DNA of 63,518 nt, filler included, from Octopus bimaculoides (taxonomy: Eukaryota), in assembly GCF_001194135.2 (NCBI RefSeq). It is 6 parts of 6 records of this genome, joined end to end, with 100 filler letters (N's around TTAATTAATTAA, not from the genome) between each part and the next. Parts side by side here need not be neighbours in the genome. Positions count along the whole stretch, not along the records: positions 1 to 15,472 come from NC_068993.1; positions 15,573 to 26,609 come from NC_069007.1; 4 more parts are not named here. The stretch is one strand, 5' to 3'. Under the pieces are notes generated by a model. That model made no database searches, was not told where the DNA came from, and was given only the letters and a program-made list of their open reading frames with translations. The position numbers and the translations under genes are program-made. Of the stretch, positions 11,748 to 23,003 are shown piece by piece (positions within the stretch are counted from its first letter, which is position 1; the number at the start of each line of letters is the position of its first letter).

Positions 11748-12281
11748 GTAGCTTCTGTGATGTAAAATATTACATTAATTATGTAATAAACCCAATCAGA
11801 AAAATGAGCGTAATTAAAAAAGAACATCATACCGTACCTTTGAAATAATTTAAACAGACACAAAATAAAAAAAAAACCTCATTAAGTATTGAGGTTCATT
11901 TAGAGTTCATTTTACTGCAACGTGATGCTCTGTTCTACGCCACTCAGAAATTCTTCCATAGTCTTCCTCGCATTAATATAGTCCAGAGCGGGGTTCCTGT
12001 CCTAGGTGGGGTTTGTCCGGATCCCTAGTGAATCTAGAGAGGTATGGCTGCTGTTTCTAACAAGTCAAACGACCGCAAAGAAGCACCCTCATTGGATTCT
12101 TTTGAAGCAGGTTTCTATTCCAAGATATTGACAACCTGGAGTTGTTACCATACTTCAACTATTTACTGTTGTTGTTTGGTGGGGGCGTCTCCAAGTGTGG
12201 ATTATCTTACTTCTGAAGGAACAACTCAAATAAAAGTAAATAAAGAAGTGAAACAAACAACGACAAACAATAGCTAAAATC

Positions 12282-12745
12282 ATGGGTGGGGATGACGGTG
12301 ATACTATTGTCGTTGCTCTTGTTGGTGTAGATGGTGGTGGTGGTGGTGGTAGTGATGGTTGTCCAGGTGGTGGCCTTGGTGGTAATGTTGGTATTGTTGC
12401 TACCGCTCGTAGTAGTGTTAGTTGTTTTTTTGCTGTGGTAGTGGTGGTGGGGTTGTTTCAGAGGTTGGTGGTGTTGGGGTTGGTGATGGTGATATGTAAG
12501 TTAAAATCCAGAATTGGTGGAAACTGATGTTTGTATAAAGGAAAGAATGTGGTTGGTGACGGTGGTGGTGGTGGTGTTGGTGCCGGCAGTGGTGTTGCTG
12601 GTGGTGTTCGTGATGGTAATGGTGGTGATGGTGTTGGTGGTGATGACGGCAGCGGTGTGTTGGTGATGGGGTTGATGGTGGTGTGTGTATGTGTGTGGCC
12701 GTATATAGCGACGGTGATGTGCGTGTGGTATGTAAACAGATAACT
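12282..12745. repeat. GGT/GTT-rich low-complexity tract
   Basis: Degenerate (GGT)n/(GTT)n/(GAT)n; accounts for the Gly/Val/His-rich ORFs in the track. Confidence 0.85.
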
Positions 12746-14369
12746 AGGGAAAGGGCACGCACGTGGCTAGATGGTTAGTAGTGGTAAGGAGGATGACAAT
12801 AGTTTGGAGGGTATGGCACGCATGTCAATATATATTTGTAGGTGCGCGGCATTGTCTATAGGTGTGTGAATGGGCGTGCATGTGTGTTGATATATATAAA
12901 TGCGTGTATATGGGTGTGTATGTATGTGGGGGTCTATACTCACATTTGTATGTCTCATAATACACAGATACACCTGTTGTCATTTATAGATTGGGGTGTG
13001 TATCAATCAGTAGGTATGCATGAATATTTATCAGTAGAAAGAACAACTGAAAGGTGTATAGCTTCTTTTTCTTTTTACGGGTTCCAACGCACGCACACAA
13101 GAGTGTGAAAAGCGGAGAGGAGGAAAGAGAGAGACAGAGAGAGAGAGGAAGAGGAGAGGGAAGGAGAGGAGAAAGAGAAAGAAAGAGAGAGAGAGAGAGC
13201 ATGTTTGTGTATGTGTGTTAATAGTAATATATAGTAATATAGTTTTTGAAAGCTAGACAATATGGATGTGATACACATTGAAAATTTGTGTGCAGTAGCG
13301 CAGCAAAAATAGAAAAAAACTACTAGGAAACGATTACTGTTTTACCTTCTCAATAAAGAGGTGATGAATTATTCTGTAATATTAATTGTGGAACCTTATT
13401 AGTCTAGCTGACACCTTAATATCAGGAATTCTCAATCATTTTTATTTATGCACTTCGTTGATTACTATTTTATTTTGGGTGGATCCCCGTAGCCATTCGA
13501 TGTTTAAAAACTGGTTTTATAGAAATTTCTTTCAAAATTCCTATTTTGTTTTTCACACATTAACTTGTGTAGGCTGAACTTATGTAAGGATCTAATCTTT
13601 TTCATTCGCAAAGCGAGCCCCCTTTAATTTTGTTCAGGTTGCTTTCAATTTTGGTGCATCGATGCAACTCTGAATTTTGATTACGATCAACCAATTACTT
13701 TATCTCGTAAATTAAAGAACCTGATGTTATTCGGAATTAATGTTGAGAAATTTGGGTAATTTTAGCGAATCAACAGACAGCGAGGCACTAACAGCTTGTT
13801 ACCTTGACAACCACACGTGTTGTGTTGATTCTTCACACCATCAGATTTACTTCGCCCGCATTTTTATATTAATAGAAATTTATATTTATCGATTAGAATT
13901 TTATTCTAGATATTTTTCGTCAACTGTCTTAATATTTTACATATTTTTCACATATAGCAGAAATTGTTTGCGATGTTTATACAGTCTCTTGGCATTATGA
14001 AGGTGAATGGAATATGTGAACTTAGTACAGATAATTTGACATTATTTTTGAATTCTTCTTAAAAAACACATAAGATACAGGCATTATTTTACTTGAGACA
14101 AACTCCTTGTTGATCAGTGTTATTCTTAACGTAGTTTACAAATCCAAACATGAAAACGTTATTCAACTTATATAATACACATGCACTTATATAATAATGA
14201 TGTACACAAATACATAACATGTATACATAATACTGAAATAGGCATGAAATAAACACTTGCAGACAAATATATTAATATAACGAATTAAAAGAATAAACAT
14301 ACAATCAATAAAGAGACAAAAGAAACAGTAAGATAATACATGTTGATTTTATTTGGTATTTCTGTTTAA

Positions 14370-14995
14370 AGAACAAACAGAAGATAACCATACTGGCGTA
14401 GACGAAATTGTGAGGAACTGACATTTAGGACGAGTTGACAGATTGAGAAGAGGAGAATTGCAGAACGAAAGCATAAGAATAATGCTGGAAAGAACATATA
14501 CAATAAGACATAAAAGTTGTGATGAAATATTAGAAGAATTGAAACAAAGAGTACTAGCAACCAAAGCAAAACTGGCAAGATATGACAATAGAAAATGAAA
14601 GTTCAGGCAAAGTAGATTGTTTGAAGCAAATCAGAAGAAACTGTTTTAGGAACTAGATGGGCAAATACACGTGACAATGATTCCAGATGCAGAGGAAAGC
14701 AAGGCATTCTGAAGAGGGGGGATCTGGGACTAACCTGTAGAGCATAATGATGAAGCGGAGTGGCTACATGAAATCAAGATGGGTCAAGAAATTTAGAAGT
14801 CCAAGAAGATATAAGGATAACTACAGAAATGATTTTAAAAAGCAAATAAGAATATTCCCAAATTGGAAGAGCCCAGGACTGGATGGGATCCAAGGGTATT
14901 GGATGAAGAAACTGAGAGGGCTCCATGAAAAGAGAGCACAACAGCTAGATGAGTGCTTGCAGGAAGGCGTAGTACCCAGCTGGATGTCAAAGGGG
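14370..14995 (+). mobile_element. R4/Dong-like non-LTR retrotransposon fragment (pre-RT and RT start)
   Basis: EELKQRVLATKAKLARYDNR..FRQSRLFEANQKKLF.EL...PDAEESKAF.WD.PVEHN.EAEWL...PNWKSPGLDGIQGYWMKKL..LHE..AQQLDECL..GVVPSWMSKG, with stops and frameshifts. Confidence 0.85.
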
Positions 14996-15026
14996 TATGA
15001 TCTGGGAATCTTTGCAATTTCGGCTG

Positions 15027-15108
15027 GTTATACTCGATATTCCTCCAACCTGACCAGCCTAGAAGCCTAGAATACTCGATATTGCTCCAACCTGACCAGC
15101 CTAGAAGA
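15027..15108 (+). repeat. Two-copy ~42-bp tandem duplication
   Basis: tactcgatatt(c/g)ctccaacctgaccagcctagaag occurs twice in tandem. Confidence 0.85.
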
Positions 15109-15572
15109 GCATTAGATTCCTTGGAAGAAAGCAGCGAATGTATATAAAAACAAGGATGGAAAAAAACGAACAATGTTACAAAAATACAATAGAAACAATA
15201 ACAGGACATAACAACAGGTGTCTTTCGACTAAGGACGAATTAAATTAAGCTGGTGTGTGTGGAAATAAAGCCTTGCGGCAGGGATACGAGATTTCACAGG
15301 CACAGGGAGGAATATCAATGTTGCACGCACAACGGCCGGCCAAGAAAGAAAGATCAGGCTTGGCCGAACGCCGGTCACGTGGGAAGGGACACAGTCAAGT
15401 GAAAAGTGGAGGGAAAGTAAGCAAGAAAAGAAGGCAAGGAAATGTGAGCGAGTGGGAACGAAAGAATGAAGANNNNNNNNNNNNNNNNNNNNNNNNNNNN
15501 NNNNNNNNNNNNNNNNTTAATTAATTAANNNNNNNNNNNNNNNNNNNNNNNNNNNNNNNNNNNNNNNNNNNN

Positions 15573-15840
15573 TGTAAGCCTAGTACTTATTCTATCAGTC
15601 TCTTTTGCTGAACTACTAAGTTACGGGTACGTAAACACACCACCATCGGTTGTCAAGCAATGATGGGAGGACAAACACAGACACACAAACATATATATAT
15701 ATATACATATATACGACAGGCTTCTTTCAGTTTCTATCTACCAAATCCACTCACAAGGCTTTGGGCTTTGGTCGGCCCGAGGCTATAATAGAAAACACTT
15801 GCCCAAGGTGCCACGCAGTGGGACTGACACCCAGAACCAT
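15573..15840 (-). mobile_element. SINE family A, partial
   Basis: Reverse complement from the head B-box (ttctgggtgtcagtcccactgcgtggcaccttgggcaag) through the internal microsatellite to the tail. Confidence 0.85.
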
Positions 15841-15861
15841 GTATATATATATATATATATA

Positions 15862-16173
15862 AGAGCACTCTGTCAGTTACGACAATGAGGGTCCCAGTGG
15901 AACAGCTTTCTCGTAAAATTAATATGCAAGTGGCTGAGTACTCCACAGACACGTGTACCTTTAATGTAGTTCTCAGAGAGATTCAGCATGACACATAGCG
16001 TGACAAGGCTGGCCCTTTGAAATACAGGTACTACTCATTTTTGCCAGATGAGTGAACTGGAGCAAAGTGAAATAAAGTGTTTTGCTCAAGGACACAACAC
16101 GTCACCAGGAATTGAACTCACAACCCTCCGATCATGAGCCGAATGTTCTAACCACTAAGCCATTTGCTTTCAC
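15862..16173 (-). mobile_element. SINE family D (tRNA head plus tail T1), near full length
   Basis: Minus strand reads gtgaaagcaaatggcttagtggttagaacattcggctcatgatc..gtgagttcaattcctggtgacgtgttgtgtccttgagcaa..gtacctgtatttcaaagggccagccttgtca..; A- and B-box-like motifs present. Confidence 0.85.
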
Positions 16174-16329
16174 ATATATATATATTTATGCATATATACA
16201 CTATATATACACTTATATACATATGTGTATGTGTGTGTATGTGTGTGTATGTGTGTGTGAAACCCATACGATCATGAAAAATGGACATTGAATGATAATG
16301 ATGATGGTGATATATATACACACATATAT

Positions 16330-16375
<46 letters not shown>

Positions 16376-16532
16376 GGATGCATATAAATGTATATATGAG
16401 AATATACAAGTTCATTTGAATATTTATATTTACGAATGTATTTTAGTGTGTGCGTGTGTGTGTATGTGTGAGTGTGCATATATATATATATACATGCATG
16501 TATATATATTTATGTTTATGTATATGAGTGCT

Positions 16533-16566
<34 letters not shown>

Positions 16567-17358
16567 TATATATATGCATGTATAATTGTTATTGACACAA
16601 ACAACCAACCAATCAAGAGAACTATGACATATAAACTGCAAGCACAAAAAGCCACATTCATCACCACCGCTACTACCATGACCAGCACCACCACTGACGC
16701 CAATACAACCACATGAGCAATGCCACCACAACAACTACCAGAAGCACCACAGTTACCACAACTAAAACCACCACCACCACCACCATGTCTGCACTGTAGC
16801 AATGGCCGTTGGCAGCTGCAGTGATCACTATCAGCAATTAGGAAAAATATCGCTGACTTAACGGCAATACATTTGACATGTCTGCTAGGTTATTTAGAGA
16901 AGCTGAACATATAACAATTTGTAAAAGGCAGGTGCTAATAGGCAGCCCATGGCTATGACACCAAAGCGCTACTACAACATGGAGATCATTCCTACCACCA
17001 CCACTGTCACTGCCACCATCACCTCATTACTTAATGAAAACACTACTACCATCACCACCACCACCACAATTACTGTTTAACAGATTAACTGATTCTTGGA
17101 GGGTAATGACGAGAGAGTCAGGGTTGGAGGAGAGAGAAAAATGTCAAGTTATGAAAACGTGGCGGGCGATGGCATGCAATTTTAAGGATGGTATGAAATA
17201 ATAGAGTAATGGGGAGGCTGATTGTTAATAAAAATTTTCAACATGAAATCACTCAATGCCCTTGAGAGATGTTAACATTCCTTGGGACGATATATGTACA
17301 CACGTCTGTATATATATACATGCACTTGTATAATTAGATATGTATGTATGTATGTGTG

Positions 17359-17412
<54 letters not shown>

Positions 17413-17427
17413 TATATATATATATAT

Positions 17428-17464
<37 letters not shown>

Positions 17465-18174
17465 NNNNNNNNNNNNNNNNNNNNNNNNNNNNNNNNNNNN
17501 NNNNNNNNNNNNNNNNNNNNNNNNNNNNNNNNNNNNNNNNNNNNNNNNNNNNNNNNNNNNNNNNNNNNNNNNNNNNNNNNNNNNNNNNNNNNNNNNNNNN
17601 NNNNNNNNNNNNNNNNNNNNNNNNNNNNNNNNNNNNNNNNNNNNNNNNNNNNNNNNNNNNNNNNNNNNNNNNNNNNNNNNNNNNNNNNNNNNNNNNNNNN
17701 NNNNNNNNNNNNNNNNNNNNNNNNNNNNNNNNNNNNNNNNNNNNNNNNNNNNNNNNNNNNNNNNNNNNNNNNNNNNNNNNNNNNNNNNNNNNNNNNNNNN
17801 NNNNNNNNNNNNNNNNNNNNNNNNNNNNNNNNNNNNNNNNNNNNNNNNNNNNNNNNNNNNNNNNNNNNNNNNNNNNNNNNNNNNNNNNNNNNNNNNNNNN
17901 NNNNNNNNNNNNNNNNNNNNNNNNNNNNNNNNNNNNNNNNNNNNNNNNNNNNNNNNNNNNNNNNNNNNNNNNNNNNNNNNNNNNNNNNNNNNNNNNNNNN
18001 NNNNNNNNNNNNNNNNNNNNNNNNNNNNNNNNNNNNNNNNNNNNNNNNNNNNNNNNNNNNNNNNNNNNNNNNNNNNNNNNNNNNNNNNNNNNNNNNNNNN
18101 NNNNNNNNNNNNNNNNNNNNNNNNNNNNNNNNNNNNNNNNNNNNNNNNNNNNNNNNNNNNNNNNNNNNNNNNNN

Positions 18175-18214
<40 letters not shown>

Positions 18215-18537
18215 AGTATGTATGTGTGTATATATATATATATCTGTCCTATATATCTATATATTTTTCTATTTATATACATATATACCACACACACACA
18301 CACACACACATACACACAGAAAGAGACAGGCAGACAGACAATCAGACAAACAGATAGATACCTTTGAATCTGATATATTCTTAATCGTGGCAGTGGATAT
18401 TTGAGATAAGTTATCCCTGATGAGTCTTAAGTAAATCAAAAACTAGTCACATAATCCTGATCTCCAGCTGCCAAAACATTTGCGGCTTATCCATGTTATA
18501 TGAAATTCAATATATATTCACTGGACATCTTACAACT

Positions 18538-18720
18538 GGCACTCTGTGAATTATGACGATGAGGGTTCCAGTTGATCCAATCAACAGAACAGCCTGAGTG
18601 GACTCAAACAATGTGAAATATAGTGGCTTGCTCAAGAACACAAAGCACCACCAGTAATAGAACTCACAACTTTATGACCATGAGTCGAATACTCCTAACC
18701 AGTAAGCCATGCACCTTCAC
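18538..18720 (-). mobile_element. SINE family D, internally deleted
   Basis: Head (gtgaaggtgcatggcttactggttagg..gagttcta) joined to the distal T1 tail (caactggaaccctcatcgtc). Confidence 0.7.
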
Positions 18721-19019
18721 TGGACATATTACATATGCTTATTTTATATAAGATAAAATTGTATATATACATCTAAACATGTTTATGTGAGTTGTATGTA
18801 TATTTACATATACACAAATGTGTATATATATATATATAAATGTTTATGTGTATGTGTATGTGTGAGGAAGTACATATATATGTGTATGTGGTTGTGTTCC
18901 CTTCCGTCTTTTGCCTCATTAATGCTTTTAAATAAGAAATACTTAAAGAAATTGATAAAAAAAAAACAAAGAAAATCCAGTGATGTCATATTTGATAAGA
19001 TTGGAATGTCAACTCCTTG

Positions 19020-19359
19020 GATAGCAACATAAACTCCTAGGAGTCATGTTGGCCATTTTGTCAAACCCTGGACCAGCTGAAGACTATACTGTACAGTCCT
19101 ACATGTTATGGTCAATAATGTGGAGAATGATGCGACTGTCTAGATATGTTCCATTCCACTGTCCACTGTTGAGTCTGTGGCCCTCAAGATTAATGATAGA
19201 AGCTTATAGTTCAAATACAAACAGCTGAGTCTGGGACTTGTATCAGGTAGGGAAGAGCCTTCAAGCTCTGATTACCTTAAACATGGGGTTTGCAAATGTC
19301 AATAACCTTCCTTCATGGAAACGTCAATAACTTACCAACTCCCATCAAGTAAATTTCTA
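19020..19359 (-). mobile_element. Degenerate LINE-like 3' end, copy 1 of a local duplication
   Basis: Clearly similar by eye to 20270-20615. Minus-strand reading of the pair gives a Cys/His pattern (W.GTCPDC....HT.DH...DC) resembling the C-terminal zinc knuckle of I/Jockey-group ORF2. Class assignment is tentative. Confidence 0.45.
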
Positions 19360-19524
19360 GGCACAGGAGTGGCTGTGTAGTAAGTAGCTTGCTTACCAAC
19401 CACATGGTCCCGAGTTCAGTCCCACTGCGTGGCATCTTGGGCAAGTGTCTTCTACTATAGCCTCGGGCCGACCAAAGCCTTGTGAGTGGATTTGGTAGAC
19501 GGAAACTGAAAGAAGCCCGTCGTA

Positions 19525-19556
<32 letters not shown>

Positions 19557-19850
19557 NNNNNNNNNNNNNNNNNNNNNNNNNNNNNNNNNNNNNNNNNNNN
19601 NNNNNNNNNNNNNNNNNNNNNNNNNNNNNNNNNNNNNNNNNNNNNNNNNNNNNNNNNNNNNNNNNNNNNNNNNNNNNNNNNNNNNNNNNNNNNNNNNNNN
19701 NNNNNNNNNNNNNNNNNNNNNNNNNNNNNNNNNNNNNNNNNNNNNNNNNNNNNNNNNNNNNNNNNNNNNNNNNNNNNNNNNNNNNNNNNNNNNNNNNNNN
19801 NNNNNNNNNNNNNNNNNNNNNNNNNNNNNNNNNNNNNNNNNNNNNNNNNN

Positions 19851-19895
<45 letters not shown>

Positions 19896-20098
19896 TTGTG
19901 TGTCTGTGTTTGTCGACCCACCATCGCTTGACAACTGATGGTGGTGTGTTTACGCCCCCGAAACTTAGCGGTTCAGCAAAAGAGACAGATCGTATAAGTA
20001 CTAGGCTTCCAAAGAATAAGTCCTGGGGTCGATTCGCTTGACTAAAGGCGGTGCTCCAGCATGGCCGCAGTCAAATAACTGAAAGGAGTAAAGGAGTA
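19360..20098 (+). mobile_element. SINE family A, full length (assembly gap inside the internal microsatellite)
   Basis: Head ggcacaggagtggctgtgtagtaag..gagttcagtcccactgcgtggc, body ending gaagcccgtcgt, (TA)n/(TG)n, tail ending ggccgcagtcaaataactgaaaggagtaaaggagta. Confidence 0.9.
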
Positions 20099-20269
20099 AT
20101 ATGAATTTCTTGGTTTAAAAATAATAATTTCTTCGTTCTTTTGCTTCGTTACTGCTTTTTAATTAAAAAAATATTTCAAGAAATTTAATAAAAATACTTA
20201 ACGAAACTGATAAAGAACAATGAAAATTCAGTGATATACTTGATATAGTTGAAATATCAACCCCTAGTC

Positions 20270-20615
20270 ATATAAACCCCCAAGGGTTCTTATCAACTGC
20301 TGGACTAGCTGAAGACTATACTGTACAGTCCTAAATGTTGTGGTCAGTTGTATGGAGTATAGTGAGACAGTCTGGACATGTTCCACTCCACTGTCCCCAG
20401 TCCAGTCTGTGGCTCCCAAAACTTAACAATAGGGGCTTAGAGTGCAAATACAAACAGCTGAGCCTGGGACTCATATCAGAGAGGGGCAGAGCCTTCTGCT
20501 TTCATTACCTTAATCCAGGGTTTTTGAAAGCTTCCTATATTACTGACCTCTCCCCACCCCACCTCATGGAATCTTTGATAACTTATTGACCACCCCATCA
20601 TGTAAATTCCTAAAA
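20270..20615 (-). mobile_element. Degenerate LINE-like 3' end, copy 2
   Basis: Paralogous to 19020-19359 (for example gctgaagactatactgtacagtcct and caaatacaaacagctgag are identical). Confidence 0.45.
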
Positions 20616-20835
20616 TGCAATTAAAATGTATAATTAACATATCTTGTTGTGTCTTGGGAAGGTCATTATGTCAATGATAATAACACATGCACAGGTTCAA
20701 TTCCACTTTGTTGTTAGTCATTTGGTTAATTATCTAACCAACCAACCAACAAATCAATCATTTACTTAACGTGCTAGTTAAACAATCGAATCATTGTCAG
20801 TCAAACAACTGATTGATTGATTGATTGATTGTTAG

Positions 20836-21061
20836 ACATGAAGGGGTGCTGTAAAGTTCTTGGTTTTGAATAAAAGAAAATGGAAGAGGATCGGTTAATT
20901 ATGATTTTACTCAACATATTCCCCTCTCAGATTCACACACTTATTCCAGCAGTCCTTCAGTTTTTCTGTGACCTGTGAAAGAATTCGGACGGTTGAGCCT
21001 CAAACCAGGCCTTTCGTGACACCCTTAAAGACAGGAACTTTTCAGCACCTCCTCACATGTA
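20836..21061 (-). mobile_element. Mariner-derived MITE
   Basis: About 24-bp TIRs (tgaaggggtgctgtaaagttcttg versus tgaggaggtgctgaaaagttcctg). The minus strand retains a mariner C-terminus relic (..CWNKCVNLRGEYVE*). Confidence 0.75.
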
Positions 21062-21081
21062 TATTTCTGTAAATGTGTATA

Positions 21082-21116
<35 letters not shown>

Positions 21117-21119
<3 letters not shown>

Positions 21120-21275
21120 GCTGTGTGGTAAGTAGCTTGCTTACGAACCACGTGGTTTCAGGTTCATTCCCACTGCATGGTACCTTGGGCAAGTGTCTTC
21201 TACTATAGCCTTGGGCCGACCAAAGCCTTGTGAGTGGATTTGGTAGATGGAAACTGAAAGAAGCCCATCGTATAT
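21117..21275 (+). mobile_element. SINE family A, 5' half (runs into gap)
   Basis: gtggctgtgtggtaagtagcttgc..ggttcattcccactgcatggtaccttgggcaag..gaagcccatcgt. Confidence 0.85.
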
Positions 21276-21607
21276 ATGTATATATNNNNNNNNNNNNNNN
21301 NNNNNNNNNNNNNNNNNNNNNNNNNNNNNNNNNNNNNNNNNNNNNNNNNNNNNNNNNNNNNNNNNNNNNNNNNNNNNNNNNNNNNNNNNNNNNNNNNNNN
21401 NNNNNNNNNNNNNNNNNNNNNNNNNNNNNNNNNNNNNNNNNNNNNNNNNNNNNNNNNNNNNNNNNNNNNNNNNNNNNNNNNNNNNNNNNNNNNNNNNNNN
21501 NNNNNNNNNNNNNNNNNNNNNNNNNNNNNNNNNNNNNNNNNNNNNNNNNNNNNNNNNNNNNNNNNNNNNNNNNNNNNNNNNNNNNNNNNNNNNNNNNNNN
21601 NNNNNGT

Positions 21608-21828
21608 ATACGCAAAGAATGCTAAAAATTTTCTGGTTTTGAGTAAAAAAGAAAATACAGGAGGGTCAGTTATGATTTTATTCAACATATTCCCCTCTCA
21701 GATTCACACACTTATTGCAATGGTCCTTCGGTTTTTCTAAACCCGGTAAAAGAAATCAGAAGGTTAAGCCTCCGACCAGGTCTTTTGCAATACTCTTAAA
21801 GCCAAGAACTTTTCAGCACCCACTCATA
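21608..21828 (-). mobile_element. Mariner-derived MITE, second copy
   Basis: Shares caacatattcccctctcagattcacacacttatt and aggaacttttcagcacc-type ends with 20836-21061; flanked by TA. Confidence 0.75.
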
Positions 21829-22664
21829 ATTAACAAATTGACTAAACAATAAAGAAGTAATACTGAACCAATGCATGTGTTGTTATTATTATTGTTGTGG
21901 TGACCCTCCCAAGACACTACAAGATTTGTTTCAACACACAAATTCACATCCAGAATCTTGCAAACCAAATGCAAAACTGAACTATAATTAATATAAATTT
22001 CTTAATTCAAAAATCAACAATTCCTTTATTTTTTTTTGTCATTATCACTTTTTAATAAGAAATATTTAACAAAATTTAATGTTAATAATTAACGAAATTG
22101 ATAAAGAACAATAAAAATTCAGTGATATTATATTAGTATAGTCGGAATATTTAATGCAAAAATATGTGTTTGGTGAATACTAATTATCATTGCATCAACA
22201 TTTTGGCAGGAAATTAGTAAATTTTAGTTTTAAATGTCTGTGCACTTTCATATTTCATCTGATTCTCTCTTTCATTAAAACGGAATTATGATGTCTTCAT
22301 GCCAAATGTGTGCTTGTCACAAACTGGCTCACTAATCAACCAACTGGGGTTACATGTTTACAAGGCGTACAACAATGATGTGATTCACGCTAAAGCATTT
22401 TCAATTTCCATATTGTACTTCAGATGACCCTTTTGAAACTGAATCTTATTTCTGTTGAAAAAAAAAAGACAGTTCGCTAATAATTCAGGGTCCTTAATGT
22501 TTAAATTCATGTCACCTGTTTACTGATCCTTTTGATAGCTACATAAACCCCAAGGGATCCATATTGACAACTTCCTTGTTGGTCCCTGAAATAAACCTGT
22601 AAAAAACACCGGTGTTTCATATTTTTTCATTTTATATTCACAAAGACCCGTCAATGACATGAGC

Positions 22665-22795
22665 ATATTATAGGGGCTTTGTGACTGGAGCGATCAGTGC
22701 CAAGACCCCTTATAAGGGTTCTGACACTGGTATGATCTGGGCCAAGATCCCTTATAAGGCTTCTGAGTCTGGTACAATCAGGGCTAAGACCCCCT
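22665..22795 (+). repeat. 42-bp minisatellite, about 3 units
   Basis: actggagcgatcagtgccaagaccccttataagggttctgac / actggtatgatctgggccaagatcccttataaggcttctgag / tctggtacaatcagggctaagacccc. Confidence 0.8.
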
Positions 22796-22799
22796 CCCT

Positions 22800-23003
22800 A
22801 TCATCATCATTTTACTGTCCACTTATTTATGCTTGCATGGGTCAGATGGAGATGGTTGTGGCAGATTTTCGACAGCTGGATGCCTTTCCTGGCACAAACC
22901 CTCACATTTCCAACCAAGGTGATATTTTTGCCCCAAGATGCCATGCAGTGGGACTGAACCCAGAACCGTGGGGTTGGAAAGAAACTTCTTCCCACACAGG
23001 CAA
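22800..23003 (-). mobile_element. SINE with family-A head and alternative tail (E) ending in (GAT)n
   Basis: Minus strand reads ggttctgggttcagtcccactgcatggcatcttgggg, then gaaaggcatccagctgtcgaaaatctgcc..gacccatgcaagcat..aaatgatgatga. Confidence 0.7.
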
